This document shows positions 25,779 to 39,361 of a DNA stretch of 64,000 nucleotides, in pieces. The stretch lies in NCBI GenBank assembly GCA_030295235.1, contig AP026167.1:310001-374000 (forward strand), given 5' to 3'. Within the stretch, counting starts at the first letter, position 1; each line of letters opens with the position of its first letter. The notes beneath the pieces were generated by a model that was given only the letters and a program-made list of their open reading frames with translations, was not told the DNA's origin and did not search any database. The position numbers were made by a program, and so were the translations under genes. This DNA is from Fistulifera solaris (taxonomy: Eukaryota).

Positions 25779-26821
25779 TTAAACGGAAACAGTCACGGGA
25801 TCTCTAATATCCTCCATGATCTGTGCATCGAGACCTTTTTCTCGTAGCGGACCTAAAATAGAGTTGAGCGTCACTTTGCGACTGCCCAAATCGGGAACTT
25901 TCGCATCAGCTCCCTCTCCGTAGAAATCACAATGTTCTGTTCCTGACGTGTAAGTTATAACGCATTTCATGCCGGCTCCTTTGGCTGCCCGCAATCCAAT
26001 GAGACTATCTTCAATAACTACACAAACATTCGGGTCCTCAATTCCCAATCTTTCCCGAGCTACATTGTAAATCAGCGGATCCGGTTTCTTGGCGGCGACA
26101 TCATCCCCCAGTATACACACATCTAGTTTCGCCACACGCTCTGGTCCCAGTGTATAATCGAGTGTTTGCAGGGCCGACTCTTTCGTCGATGCGGAACACA
26201 CCCCACTGCCACCGTATCATCGGCGAGTGCCTCATCCATAAGCTCCAACAAACCCGGTCGAGGTTCCGCTTGCTCTTTCATTATACGCTGATATACTTTA
26301 TTTTTGAACGTTTGCAACTGATCAATGAGTTCTTGTTGAGCTTCGAGTGTGGTTGGAGGTGGTTGATCGCCGACGTGGGGGAATGTTTGAGTCGTATTGC
26401 GGAAATGAAAGAACATTTTTGTTTGCCTCCACCGATCGAGTTCTGCAAGACATCATAGTATTCGGTCTTTATTTAATACAAGGATGATGGTATTGGTGAA
26501 GGAAGCAGTCCGATAAGAGTGAGACAAAGATTGAGGTGACGCATGTGTGCGGCACACAGTTTTCCTTGGACATACCGACCAGTGCACCGGAACGCCATCA
26601 ATGGTGAGATCAAATTCTTGGAAGGCTTCATTGTAAGCCACACGATGCAGTTCTTCAGTTTCCAAAATAACTCCGTCACAATCGAACAAAATGGCAAATT
26701 CAAAACTCTTATGATTCGAAGCTGCTCGGGACGACGACCGTACTCCAAAGCGTGCAGTAGGAACAAACGACTGGGTGGCGCCAAATATCGAGAGGGAGGA
26801 TATTATAGGTATTAGTTTCAT
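25779..26821 (-). CDS. cbbY: CbbY-family HAD sugar phosphatase, plastid presequence; intron ~26467-26575, frameshift near 26200
   Basis: FDCDGVILETEELHRVAYNEAF, YYDVLQNSIGGGK, KKPDPLIY, VVIEDSLIGLRAA; presequence ...GATQS|FVP. Confidence 0.85.
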
Positions 26822-27180
26822 GTTGTTGCGAATGTATGTTAACGAATGAAAGCCAAAGAAAAATGATAAACGTAAATGCACCTCGACGAAAAACGTTGGG
26901 AAAGAATAAAAGACACACCTGCTTGGTGCACTGACGTCATCGCCTCTACGACATTGTGAGAGTGCGGACGGACGCCAGACCCCGAAAAGACCTCCGATAC
27001 CGCCGACGCGACCTCCATCGGATCGATTGCGTCGTCCGTCGCATCGCATCGCGTCGAAATCAATTAATTTTGAAAAAGCATCGTCAAAGCGTTTGAAGTA
27101 TGCGAGGACCTTTGGCATTCACATGATCGGAATAAAAGCGCCTACATAGCACCAAACTGTCAAAAGAAGACTCCTCTTCC

Positions 27181-28212
27181 ATGACGGCCTTCAAAGCCGC
27201 ATATGTGCGTTTTCGTCGACGTCCCGATCAGCCCGATCGATGGGACGATCTATCGGAAATGATTGATTTTGGAGGACAAATCGGCGATCCCAGAATCATG
27301 CGCATGCCATCGTTGTCACAAGAAGACGTGTATCAGGGACCGATCTTTGGCTTACGAGATTTTCCAGGATTTCTTTATGCACCTCAAGCACTGTCCATCA
27401 ACTTGCAACACTTTTTGTCCTACCGTGCTCTATCCGTTTATTGCGAAACACCCCACACAACCAATATTGATTTGATTCCGCCGAAATCACACGAAATTGT
27501 CAACAATATTGAAAACAACGAAAGTCAGTGGGATTTGTGGAAGAATACAGTACGAATCGAGGATAGTAAGGAGAAACTCAAAACGTCACGATCCACTACA
27601 CGCACATTTTACCGAAATTATGACAAATTATCTTGGGCCACACTGGGCCATCATTACGATTGGACATCCCGCACCTATCCTCTAGAAATGAGTTCTCCCA
27701 TGGCTCCAGAACTCACGGATCTGTCGACCTTTTTTGCCCGCACGGCGTTTCAGTATTCCGCTGCAGGTATTAGTACTTCGTTTTCCTTCGCCGCTACGGC
27801 CTCCATTGTCAATTTTTACAATGAAAAATCGAATATGGGGTGTCATCGGGATGATGGTGAGCTGGCAGTGGACAAACCGATAGTGAGTGTCAGTATGGGA
27901 CGACCCGCTGTATTCTTGTTGGGTGGGGCCACCAAAGACGATGTGCCCGTACCGATTTTGGTACGCGCTGGAGATGTCATGATATTGGGAGGCGCCTCGC
28001 GACTGAATTATCATTCCATGGCGCGATTACTACCGTATGAGGGTCTACCTCCCGTGGCGGAGTCGGCTTGTCCGCAGGAACCCGTGGGTTTGTCAGGCTT
28101 ACAGTTAGTTCCTCCGGAAGATATGATATTTGTCAACGAATTTCTGTCGTCACATCGCATCAATGTGAACGTGCGACAGGTTTTTCCGGACAGTCAGGTG
28201 CGAGATGATTGA
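27181..28212 (+). CDS. ALKBH1: AlkB homolog 1-like 2OG-Fe(II) dioxygenase
   Basis: LSWATLGHHYDW, IVNFY...MGCHRD (HxD), PIVSVSMG, RLNYHSM, RINVNVRQV. Confidence 0.88.
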   Translation: MTAFKAAYVRFRRRPDQPDRWDDLSEMIDFGGQIGDPRIMRMPSLSQEDVYQGPIFGLRDFPGFLYAPQALSINLQHFLSYRALSVYCETPHTTNIDLIPPKSHEIVNNIENNESQWDLWKNTVRIEDSKEKLKTSRSTTRTFYRNYDKLSWATLGHHYDWTSRTYPLEMSSPMAPELTDLSTFFARTAFQYSAAGISTSFSFAATASIVNFYNEKSNMGCHRDDGELAVDKPIVSVSMGRPAVFLLGGATKDDVPVPILVRAGDVMILGGASRLNYHSMARLLPYEGLPPVAESACPQEPVGLSGLQLVPPEDMIFVNEFLSSHRINVNVRQVFPDSQVRDD

Positions 28213-29664
28213 GCGATCGAGTTGATGCTTTAAATGGCCTGTGTTGCCTGTTAATGATGATGTCCAAAAATGAAAGAGGAAGCCGAATCCACGCAGTAGC
28301 GTTTAGCGTTAAGGATCAAGTAAAGCTCGACACTCGACACGTCAGAGAGAACCCAGAAACGGTACTCATGTACTAGGTCACTTTGAGAGGACAGACTGTG
28401 TTTAACAAAATTAGTACCACTGCATGTTGAAGGTGCAGCTAGAAGCTACAAGTACTGGTACCGGGGTACCGGTACCTGGTACAGCTGTTTGCTTCCGGTC
28501 ACTGACCTATGTAAATTTCGTAGAAAATGTACCGGATAGTACAAAATCTACGTGCCATTTTCGCGTACGAGCTAAGTCTACTTCACGAAAACCTATGATT
28601 TGACTGAAAAAGCATCTTTTCAGAAAATAAATTTGATCATACTGACACTAATCATATTTGACAGCAATTTCTTGTCATCAATTCTTTTTAAACCTACCTT
28701 TTTTTGAACAAATGGTCGGTTTCATTTCAGTCCCGGGTCAGTCACGCATCGTCACACGACCGACAGGCACGCACCGTTTCGCGCAAAATCTCGCTCCCTT
28801 CTTGCAACTTGCAACATGCCCTCATTACCATTCTTGTTCATGTTGCTGCATCTTAAAGCGAATTTCTTGATAAAGTAAGTTGAAATTACATGAAATTAGT
28901 ACTCTGCCATGAGCGCTGAAGCGATCCAGCGCTGTTTAGTCTGTTTCATCCTCTATTTCGCCCTCTGACGGCAACTTGTCCATATCGTCACTTCCGTCTT
29001 CATCATCGATTTCATGATTGGAACGGCTTTCTTCAACAATGATCGTGTCAATTTTGTTGAACCAAGCTCTCTTTGAGTGCTAGGTGATGATCTTTCAAGG
29101 TCTGAAGGAAATGCTCTCCACAAATCCATTTGTCTTGATAGCCCGCGAGTCATCACTGCACACAAACGTGTGCCAATTTTCACCGACAGTTTTAAGAACC
29201 GAAATGTTGCGAGTCAGGCACGATATATATACCAATCGACGCTAAATAAAAAAAGGAACAATATGTGTGTTGATCGTGCCTGACTAAAGCAGCCTGCAAG
29301 TGTTATTAGCAATGTAATGATAGGATCGGCATTCTCGAAAACAACACGAGATTTGTCGCGATGGCAGTAGGGCGGAGGAGTAGTCGGACCGCGACTCAAC
29401 TCCGTTGTGGTAGGCTTCTACGGAGCCTACATGAAGTCTGGGCCATTATGCAAACAGCTGTACATGGTACAGTACCGTACCAGGGACCGAATCTAAAAGT
29501 TCGAGCCTTCACATTCGAACTCGATCGAACCACGTTCGAAACGAAAAGTGCCTCTTATGAAGTCGAGAACAAAGCCGTCATCGCCGTCATACGACCCCTC
29601 GTCGAAGTCATTGAAAGCAAACTAGAATCCGGCAACATAATCGATTCATTTCACAAAAACCAAA

Positions 29665-30748
29665 ATGACCAAAAATCAGCTGGAACAGCTCAAAGAACAT
29701 ACCATTGTGGTCTCCGACACGGGCGAAGTGTCGGCGATCAAGCGTCTGAAGCCTCAAGATGCTACAACGAATCCTTCCCTGATTTACAAGGCTGCACAGA
29801 TGCCGGAATACGAGAAGCTCATTGATGATGCGGTAGCTTATGCGAAAGGCGATCTAGCTCTTGCCATGGTACGTTTCGTTTGTGTGAACAACTAGTCGTT
29901 GAATTGTTGCGCATGTATTCGTCATGTTTCATTCCGTCGAAACAAAAGATCGCACAATCTGCCGTTTTATCTTTACTCTAACGATTGAGTTATGGATTTT
30001 TTTCTTTTAGGACAAAGTTGCTGTCAATTTCGGGACAGAGATCTCGAAAATTGTACCCGGATACGTTTCGACCGAAGTCGACGCACGTTTGTCATTTGAT
30101 ACCGAGGCCACCATTTCGAAAGCGCGTAAAATTATTGAATTGTACAAAGAAGCAGGTGTCGATAAATCGCGCATTTTAATTAAAATTGCCGCAACGTGGG
30201 AGGGTATTCAAGCTGCGCAAGTCTTGGAAAAGGAAGGAATTACCTGCAATCTCACCCTAATCTTCAGTCTTGCACAAGCCGTAGCCTGCGCGGAAGGAGG
30301 TATTACACTCGTGAGTCCGTTTGTGGGGCGCATCATGGATTGGCATAAGAAAGAATCGGGTGTCGACGGATTCAAGCCGGAAGAAGATCCTGGTGTTATT
30401 TCCGTCACACAGATTTACAACTACTACAAAAAATTCGGTTACAATACGATTGTAATGGGGGCCAGTTTCCGTAATGCGGGTGAGATCTTGATGTTGGCAG
30501 GATGCGATCGACTCACTATTTCACCGTCTTTGCTCGATGAATTGGTTGCGTCCACAGAACCCGTGACAAAGCGTCTCGACGCAGCCGAGGCAGCGTCTTC
30601 GGATATGCAAAAGATTCAAATTGATGAGAAATCATTCCGTTGGATGCTTAATGAAGATCCTATGGCGACTGAAAAGCTAGCGGAAGGTATTCGTAACTTT
30701 GCAGCTGACATTGTGCACTTGGAAAATATTGTCAAGAAGAAAATGTAA
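29665..30748 (+). CDS. TALDO1: Transaldolase; intron 29869-30010
   Basis: [38 protein letters not shown] (Schiff-base Lys), [15 protein letters not shown]. Confidence 0.96.
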
Positions 30749-31539
30749 GCAGCGAAAGGCACTTCAATACGACTAAAGCTTCATTTGAACAAAGTATTTG
30801 CTTTTCTTCTTACTATGTAAATGGATCTATTCTTAGATAATTTGAAGATTGCTTGATTTGCTAGCGACTCTAATCGTAAATTAGATAATAGCAGATCATG
30901 AAGTGCAAATCTCTAGTTTTCGATGCCGGCACGCCTTTTAACCGGTTCAATCGAAGACACACTTGTGCCTTGTGCCTCGGGATTTTGGGGCAAATGTCCG
31001 CTTCGGACTTCGGACTATCTTCCCCAGAAACCAGAAACACGATTGTAGACATAACTCGACAAGTTGTTTTCTTCATGGGACTCAGGCGCAATCCTACTAT
31101 GAATAAACGGTCCCAAAATAAGTCAGTATGAAGAAAAATGCGCAAACCCAACGCCTTCGTCTTTAAGTATAAATCATGTTTTCGTATCACTCGCCGTTGA
31201 TTGGGCCAGAAATCATACGGAGACCTACGCCAGAGAGCTTTTGCACTTGTTCGGAGCTTGGAAACGAATGAAGGGGAAAATGAGCGGGTGTTCGCCCTCC
31301 TTCCTTTGCTCCTCGAGGAATGCCTTTGATGAGCAAACAAGACTTTAATCTGCTGTTTAGCTAAATGGATGTCCTTCGCACTCGGGGGAGGAGAAAGGGT
31401 TTGAATCGGGCTTAACTTTCTGGGGTGATGGCAAAAGTGGGTAAAACAGGTTACATAGAATAAAAGCTAAAGATAGGACTACAAGCTTCATGGTGTTATA
31501 TTTTTTAAAATAAGAAACATTTGCACTCAAGTTAGCATA

Positions 31540-32382
31540 TCAATCGAAACGGAGAGTTGTTTTGATTCGCTTACTTGATGATGACATGGATGACTTTCCA
31601 AAGTCATTTTTTCGCTTGACTAGAGCGGAATGGTCTCCCTCCGAAATCATACTGGCTTCCTCCATATCCGGTGTCTCTGTAGACAGATCATCCGACTCGA
31701 GCTCGGCGCCTTCGTGCAAGCGCGACCACACACGCTGAAAGAAGATTTTCCGTGACCCGTAGCGAGGGCGTCCCGAACTGGTGGATTCCGAAGGACCCGG
31801 TTGCTGCTGCAACTTGATAACTGCATCGCGAATGCTTGCAGGGCAGAAACTGCACTTGCCAGCAATGTGCTTGAGGATTGTTTGCGATGTTGTCGTTTGC
31901 GCAAGACTGCGAACAGAGTTGGGGTAATACCGACCAAAGCCAGGTTGGCCTTCACAATGCTTGCAGCACATACCCAAAAAGCCAATTTCACGGGTCTTGT
32001 AGCACCCCACTCGATCAGCGGGAGTGAGACGACAGGGTTTCATTTGCGCCATGGCAACAAACAGGGCATCTGGGACAAGGTCAATGTCTTTCATGAGCAC
32101 CAGTTTGCTGCCTTTAATCAATGACTCCAACGGTGGAAGATCAGAAAGGTCTAAGAGTTCTGTTGCTGGCGGCATCTTTGGTGATAACTTAGTATCTGGA
32201 AGTAATCTCTTGTAAGATTTCTCCGAGTCCTTTTCTTCGAGCGACCTGGAGTATGACTGATACGATGCCTTTCGTGGGAAGTAATCCGATTCATCGCCGT
32301 TCGGCTCGGGAGTCACACTACGGCTGTGCTTTAGCGACAAGAGAAAGCTTGCTGCTACTTCTTCGGTGTCTATTTCTTGCAT
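31540..32382 (-). CDS. Cys/His-rich domain protein of a family I associate with diatoms (putative Zn-binding nuclear regulator)
   Basis: GMCCKHC..G.GRYYPNS..SL.Q.....HI..KC..CP and IFFQRVWSRLH; N-terminal AASFLLSL; basic C-terminus. Confidence 0.6.
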   Translation of the reverse strand: MQEIDTEEVAASFLLSLKHSRSVTPEPNGDESDYFPRKASYQSYSRSLEEKDSEKSYKRLLPDTKLSPKMPPATELLDLSDLPPLESLIKGSKLVLMKDIDLVPDALFVAMAQMKPCRLTPADRVGCYKTREIGFLGMCCKHCEGQPGFGRYYPNSVRSLAQTTTSQTILKHIAGKCSFCPASIRDAVIKLQQQPGPSESTSSGRPRYGSRKIFFQRVWSRLHEGAELESDDLSTETPDMEEASMISEGDHSALVKRKNDFGKSSMSSSSKRIKTTLRFD

Positions 32383-33245
32383 GTTTGAGTTTAAGTGAAA
32401 CCTGAATGAATGAGAGACAAGAATGAATGGGGCTTCCACGAAAGACGTTTGCAGACGGATGGAACGACTGAATGAAACGGTTTCGTAAAAAACAAAAATG
32501 AGGAGTTGACCACGCGTGGACGACTAGTTACCGAAACGAATAGAGAAAAGAGAGAACTGTTCTCATGCATTTTGTACTATCTAGGACCGAGTAAACGACG
32601 AACACAGCTTCATTTTTCTCCTCAATGACTCGTGGCGAGCAGAAACGAATCGCTTTTTTTTTAGCGAAAGTCGGAGTGCCGTAGTTGGCATCCGTTTTTC
32701 CCACTTTTCGTGTTATAGTAGAAGTATGCATGAAACTTGCCTAACAAAAGGTCGTTCTACTGTTCTACTCGTGAAGACCAATGACCCTTGCCTTTAAGTG
32801 ACTCGTGTCGTAGTTTCTAAGCGTGTATAGGATCATTGTGTAGCATGACCCTGTAACTGGCACGGTTTCAACGCCAACATGCCAAAATGAAATGAAAACT
32901 CAACGGATGGATTTCATGGTTAGCTCGCGCGCATTTGCGCGCATCTCCCGTAGATCGTGAAACGGCGAACGAAACACGAAACTGGCGTCGGACTTCGACG
33001 TACGTCCGACGAACTTTCCGTCCGCCCTTCGACACGACACACGACACGCGACAAACGACAGAGCGATCGAGGCGAAGCGATAAGCGATGCGCGAGGACAG
33101 AGGAGCACCGTCCTTCCTTCGCTCGCTCCACAAACAGAACGCAGCCGACGGTTATCCTTTTTTGATGCATTTCTCATCCCTATCACATGGGTCGCCTGTA
33201 TCTAGGATTTATCATCGAAACAAAAAGCCAAAAATACGAGCAATA

Positions 33246-35022
33246 ATGATTCGACGCGCTATTCCTTTAATAGCACGCCACACGCGACCGCTAAGACAGG
33301 CCCGGTCCTTCGCTGTAGCTTCGCCCCGTACGGCTGATCTCGACGAGGAGGAAGCCAGGCGACAAGCCATTCGCTCAGCACTCGACAAAAAGACGGGACG
33401 TGGCTGGACTGATCCGTGGGATCTTGATGAACTGATGGATTCTCGAATGGAGTATGACGATTTACCCGACTGGTCTCCCGATCTCGTTTCTCGGACGTCC
33501 CAGGAACGACTACAGGTGCAACCTATTCCACCTCTGACATTTCTCACGCAAATGAATCTCCCGTCCCCGCCGCCACCCAGTCCAGGACAAGGATATACGA
33601 AAGTTTATGCACTTCAACGACAACGTAAGCAGTATGAGATAGTCCGTGAGCAAGTGGAGGCTTCTGCTTCGACGAGACTTCCAGCGATCCAAGCGTTGCC
33701 TTCGTGGGAAGAAAAACAAGATGCCGTCGATGAGCTCTTTGAAGAAATTGAATTTCAATTGAAGGCATCCAATCAAGTCCTGGGTATGCATCCTCGGTTT
33801 GGAGAGTGGGTTGAAAAAGCATTGGAAGAATATCTGCAGTCAATTCAGAATGCCGATTTGGGTGTTAGTACTAGTAACGAGGAAAACAAAGATGAGTCAC
33901 AGGAAGGGATCCCAGTGTTCATGGACTGTTACAGCGATAAAGACGGCCCAGAGCAGCTAGTTCCTTCCATTCTGCACCCTCTGTCAATTAATCCGAGGGG
34001 AACAAATGGCAATATGGTCGAAGAATGGGAACTAGCGGCTCATAAAAGAGTAAGCGCATCATGATCCGCCATTCCACACAAAAAATTGCCAATGCTCTGA
34101 TAAAGCACACGGCGGCCACCGTTCTGGTCAGTGGCTGTCAAGGGGTGGGAAAAACGGCGGCCGTGGCTGCGATCGTGGCTTCGGCGCGATCGTCTGGTTA
34201 TTTAGTCTTGTATCTACCCAATGGTGATCAGTTGCATCAGAATGGATTTTATGTTGAACCGAACCCGCAAAAGAAAGGAGTTTTTGATTTACCTATTATG
34301 TCACAAAGGGCGTGCGATGATTTCTTGAAGACTCACAAGAGTGACATGACTGGTTTGAATGTTCCCAAAGGCGTCATCGCAGAGCACTTGGCGAAAGATC
34401 AGCTGCAACGGTTATTTCGCGATGCAAAAGACGATAGTCAAATTTCATTAAGCGCTCTTCTCGACTTTGGACGCGAGCGAATTAACTTCGCGGCGCCTTG
34501 CCTCTCCGTAGCTATGAACTATTTGATGTATCACCAAGACGAGAAGCCGTTTCTGTTGGCGATGGACGAGTTCAACTGTTTTTACATGCCCAGTCACTAC
34601 TATCATGCTGATTATGACCCCGAGGTTAAGAAGGCGATTCCCTACGATTGTATTAGTATTTTTCAACCGGCTATGGAAGCCACTGCTTTGACAGGCTCGT
34701 CAGCGCCAAGAATTGTAAAACGCGGTGCTGTACTAGTTGCCGTTACCGAGTCTCACGCCGTCACACGGGCAACAACGGATGCGCTTATCAACCGCGCCAA
34801 AGAGTTGTCGGCCGAAGAAGGCACCCCTTTGTTCATGTAGAAGTCCCTCGATTGTCCAAACTGGAAGTGGAGCACATGCTGTCGAACTACGAAGCCACTG
34901 GTGTTGGCAAACTACGTCTCGATCGAGGTGAAACTGTCTCTAATGCACAAGAAGTCGAGTATCTGCGCATGGTTTCGGGTGGAATTGCCGGGCACCTTAT
35001 GAACGCCTGCATGGTAGAATAA
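33246..35022 (+). CDS. DAP3: Mitochondrial small-subunit ribosomal protein mS29/DAP3-like (frameshifts near 34048 and 34835)
   Basis: Arg-rich mitochondrial presequence MIRRAIPLIARH; P-loop SGCQGVGKT; LYLPNG; LLAMDEFN; C-terminus continues as VEVPRLSKLE...NACMVE* in another frame. Confidence 0.72.
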
Positions 35023-35170
35023 AATATGACAATACAAAAAGAGGACGAAGTTCGGTTGTGGTGGTTAATCTATCAAACTAAGATGTTCTGTCTTGAACCA
35101 GCTAAAATCACTACTTCTTCAATCTATAATATTAGATTCTCTTTCTTTCGTCCATTTCACTTATCTTGCT

Positions 35171-35895
35171 CTAATACTTGGCCAAGATATCCACCATTTT
35201 GACCACCGAATATTCCTTGCCTTCAATTTCCACTTCATTACCGGCAAAATCTCGGAATTTGATCATATCCCCCGGAGTGACATCCATGGTCATAAGTTCC
35301 CCATTGCTGGCCATTTTTCCGGGTCCGACCTTGACAACTTCACCCGTCGACGCTCGTTTTGTTTGGCTGGAACTTTTCGCCAACAAAATCCCACCTTCCG
35401 TCGCGCTTTCCGACGAATCCACGGCAACCAAAACATTGTCAAAAACAACATTGACGGACTCCAAGGTTAATTGGTCGCCGTGAAATTTCACCAAGACATC
35501 ATCGTCGCGAATCAACGTGTGCGGTTGTCCATCGAGATCAATTTCGGTACCATCGAATTTTCCGTACACGACACTTTCACCGACCTTCACGGGCATTTGT
35601 ACCGTAATACCGGAATCTTGGTGTGTTTTGCCGGGCCCTACCGCTTGGACGGTCCCTTCCGTTTTGACAATTTTAGCTTTGCCCGTCAAGAGAATACCTC
35701 CTTCGGTTTTGTCTTGGGCGGGTGCCTTTTGACGAGAATAAAATTATTCAATGGAACTACATCGCCTTTAATTTTACGACCATCCAATTTGGCAGCGTGA
35801 CAAATAATAGTGGACGTCGATGGTCGGTGAGCGACGAGAAAGCTCGATGCGGTGGATATCAGAGTCGTTAGGATGCAGATGGATGTGAATTTCAT
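35171..35895 (-). CDS. CPN20: Chloroplast co-chaperonin 20/21 (two GroES domains; frameshift near 35725)
   Basis: Presequence ...STASS|FLV; tandem GroES motifs VPLNNFILVK..TEGG, GTVQAVGPG, TEGGILL, GEVVKVGPG, DILAKY. Confidence 0.9.
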
Positions 35896-36400
35896 GTTGT
35901 TGATTGTTATTAATAGCGCTTTACTGGTGTAACGTTGAAAAAATCTTGGTGTAGAGATAGTTGTCAATAAGATGGAAGTAGTGAAATGGGGTGATCTCAA
36001 TTTATGATGGATTGGAACAACGAGACTTGTTGCGATGAAATAATAATGATTTTGTGATTTGTGATTGTGATGATGGGCAAACGTCAGTTATAGGGAATTT
36101 CACTTTTCTTGTTTACAAGATTCCATTTGGCTGGTGGCTTCCACTTGGAAGAATTGGATGCCATATGAGTGCCGATCTTTTACAAAGAGAATTACAGTCC
36201 GGAACGTGTACCTCGTACCTCTCCCAGCTAAATTACATGCATGATGCATGTCAACTATAACTACTAATCTTTCATCACAAACTATACAAAGCCAAAAGCA
36301 CAAATATCAAAGTAATAAAGGGCAAACACAACGATCTTTATCATTCATTGTCGGCAAAGTGAGACTGTGCTAATCAAACAAGACGACAAACACATACGTT

Positions 36401-37400
36401 ATGAATTTCTGGAGAACCGTAGCACTTATCGGATGGACATCCTCCTCCGTGCAAGCCATTCGACACATTCAATTCGCTTCACCTTTGCAAGCATTGACTA
36501 TTCCTGATGCAGATGTCCCACCCACACCACGTTCTCGCTATTTGAAAAGATAGCGGCCGGCTTACAAGCCGAACAACAAGTGCGTGACAAATTAGGAGAA
36601 GATGGTCCAATTGCCGTCGATATATCGCAAGCCGATTGGGCGCAAGCCGCTACCGCAAACGCGAAACGCCAGCAACTTCACAAAGATCGAATGCTGGAAG
36701 AAGCCTTTGACAAAGCTGTAGCATCTGTGGACGCAAAATTGTCCAAGAAACAACAGTCATCATCATCAACTTCTCCGTCGCAATACCAATTCGTCGGAGT
36801 CATTCAACCAACGATGCCTCCCAAGTCATTCAATGGTTCGCTCGTCCCAAACCGGCGAATAGTAAATGGTCCGTTCGTTTGGTCCATGTTAATCGGGATG
36901 CTATTGTGCACGATTTGTTTCGAAGAGGGAAGATCGATCTCTTTGGACGTTATACCAATACTGGATCGAAAGATCCCGAAACGGGTCTGCCGGTGGTGCG
37001 CAGTCAATACAGTGTACGAGAACGATCGTGGAAGTAAGAGCATTTGTATGAGAGTGAAACATCTGTGTGTGTGTGTTTTTGGTCCATTCGTCTCAACCAC
37101 AAGTCGTCGTGTCTTCGTTTTTCGTCATTGTTTTAGAAACTTGTGGAACTTTTCACCGAAACACTTGTTTACGGACTCGTCGGGTATGTACTGGCGTGAA
37201 CGACGTTTACCGGAAGGTCTGTATACCGATGGTGTGAACGTATACGAAAGCAGTTATCGATACCGTGATGGACGCAATGGAATGCACCTGGTGTCGTCGT
37301 TTGCCCAATTCCTCAAGAGTCAGACCTTTACCGATAAGTTGAAACTCAAGATTCAGGAGAAATTGAAAAGGATTCTCCCGACATTGTTTTGGAAGAGTAA
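36401..37400 (+). CDS. Hypothetical protein (intron ~37033-37136; several apparent frameshifts)
   Basis: ATG at 36401 with a signal-like N-terminus; protein-like segments YQFVGVI, WFARPKP..KWSVRLVHVNR and NLWNFSP..YWRERRL..GLYTDG..YRYRDGRNGM spread over different frames. Confidence 0.55.
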
Positions 37401-37465
37401 CACCAAATCAGACTATAACATCCATTCTAGTATTCAGTTTGTGTGGTATATCGTTAAGTCGAGCT

Positions 37466-38914
37466 TTAGTTATAGACCATGTATTTGGGCGTCGAACTGA
37501 ATTTTTGTATCCCTTGACGACCTTATTGACCGATTCGAGGAAATCCTTCTCGGACACACTCTTGCGTCGCGCACGGATGGCATACATACCCGCTTCGGTA
37601 CACACGGAATGCAGTTCAGCACCCGTCGTGTTAGGACACAACCGCGCAATCAATTCAAAACGGATGTCGCGGTCACAGTTCATGCGCTTCGAGTGAATCT
37701 TGAGAATGTGACCTCTTCCTTCTAAATCCGGCAGTCCGAATTCGACTTTCCGATCCAAGCGACCGGGTCGAAGTAAGGCAGGATCCAACGTATCGGGTCG
37801 ATTCGTCGCCATGAGTACTTTGATATTTCCTCGAGCATCGAATCCGTCCAATTCGGTCACAATTTGCAACATGGTACGTTGCACTTCATTGTCATTGCCA
37901 TTATCATCTCCACTGGATCGGGCACCACCTATAGCGTCAATTTCATCGAAGAAAATGATACACGCCCGTTTCGAGCGGGCCATGGTGAACAGTTCACGAA
38001 CCATTCGAGCACCCTCTCCCACGTATTTCTGTACTAATTCCGACCCAATGACACGAATGAAACAAGCATCCGTTCGATTAGCGACCGCACGAGCACTCAA
38101 TGTCTTTCCCGTTCCGGGAGGACCGTACAATAAGACTCCCTTGGGCGGATCGATCCCCAACGTCACAAAACGTTCCGGATGCAGCAAGGGCAATTCTAAC
38201 ACTTCTCGTAATTTCTCCATCGCATCTTTGGCACCTCCTACATCGTCGTAGGTGACATCGGGTTTGTCTTCGACCGTCATGAGACTCACCGTGGGATCAA
38301 TCCGGGGTGGAAGTGGAATTTGAATCGAATACTTGCTCCGATCGACCCCAACGCGCATTCCTTCTTCAATATCCGTCGGTGCAACTCGTTCACCGAGACC
38401 GACCACGAATTTGGCAATCTGTTTGACATTAATCACATATTTGTTGGGTGCATTGTTGCTGTTATTGTTGCTGGTGCTGTCGACATCTTCGGCCTCGGTC
38501 GTGATGATTTTAGTGCAGCGAGCGACTTGCAACGGGGCTTCCTCACTCATCATTTGCTTGTCACCGACCAAATCCCACATGGAAGGAGGAGATAAACCTG
38601 TATCACTTTCTTTGATGCCAATTAAGTCTTTGACGGTTTGTTGATGCTTTTGATTTCTTCTTCGAGTGTTTTAATCTTGGCGCTGTACGGACCGAGACCG
38701 TAGGATTTGAGAAGAGCAATATCGCCTTCATCTAACGGAGGCGGGGTGTCTTCTTTTCTTCCTATTATTAATAAAAATTTTAGTAAGGAGTAGATTGAGA
38801 GAATGAAGTGTGAGACACCGGAGGTTCATTTAATTAATTAACGATGACTTATCTCGGAAAGAATCTTACCTCATCGTAGTCGCCTACGTTTTTCGTTTGA
38901 CATTCACCACTCAT
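37466..38914 (-). CDS. RPT1: 26S proteasome AAA-ATPase subunit RPT1 / PSMC2 (intron ~38762-38869; indels near 38650 and 37500)
   Basis: [43 protein letters not shown]-terminal [11 protein letters not shown]. Confidence 0.95.
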
Positions 38915-39361
38915 GCTTTACTTCAAATCAGCAATGAGAAAGACTGTTTCGATATTTTCTGCCAGATTGCTTGAATTCGTTGTAATACTAATGAAATGAA
39001 TGCTATCTCGCACCATGGTCGATTTGCTTGCCGTCGTCTCGACGACCTTCGTGGGCATTCTTTTCGCGGGGGACGTCTGCATCGTGACTGCAAACGTTTC
39101 AGTCATGCTTCCGTTGTGGATGTACTATGGCTGCGAACTGTGAGTTTACAGTGTCTCCACGACTGAGCTTCAGTCATGAGACGCGAGAAAAGCAACGTTT
39201 TTGGCAACGGCTGATCATCCAGTCTATCACTATCGACCGAAGTGTAAACGACCTTTTCCTTGACTGGGTTTCAGTCATGACACGGTTTGCTTTTCGACGT
39301 TTGACAATTTTGCATTTATTGCTTATTTGCGACTTTTTCTTGCGTACTATTGAGAAAAGAA

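Noticed and set aside
30870..31340. 156-aa minus-strand ORF
   Set aside because: Non-ATG start, no recognisable motif, and it lies in the 3' region of the 31540-32382 gene; probably non-coding.
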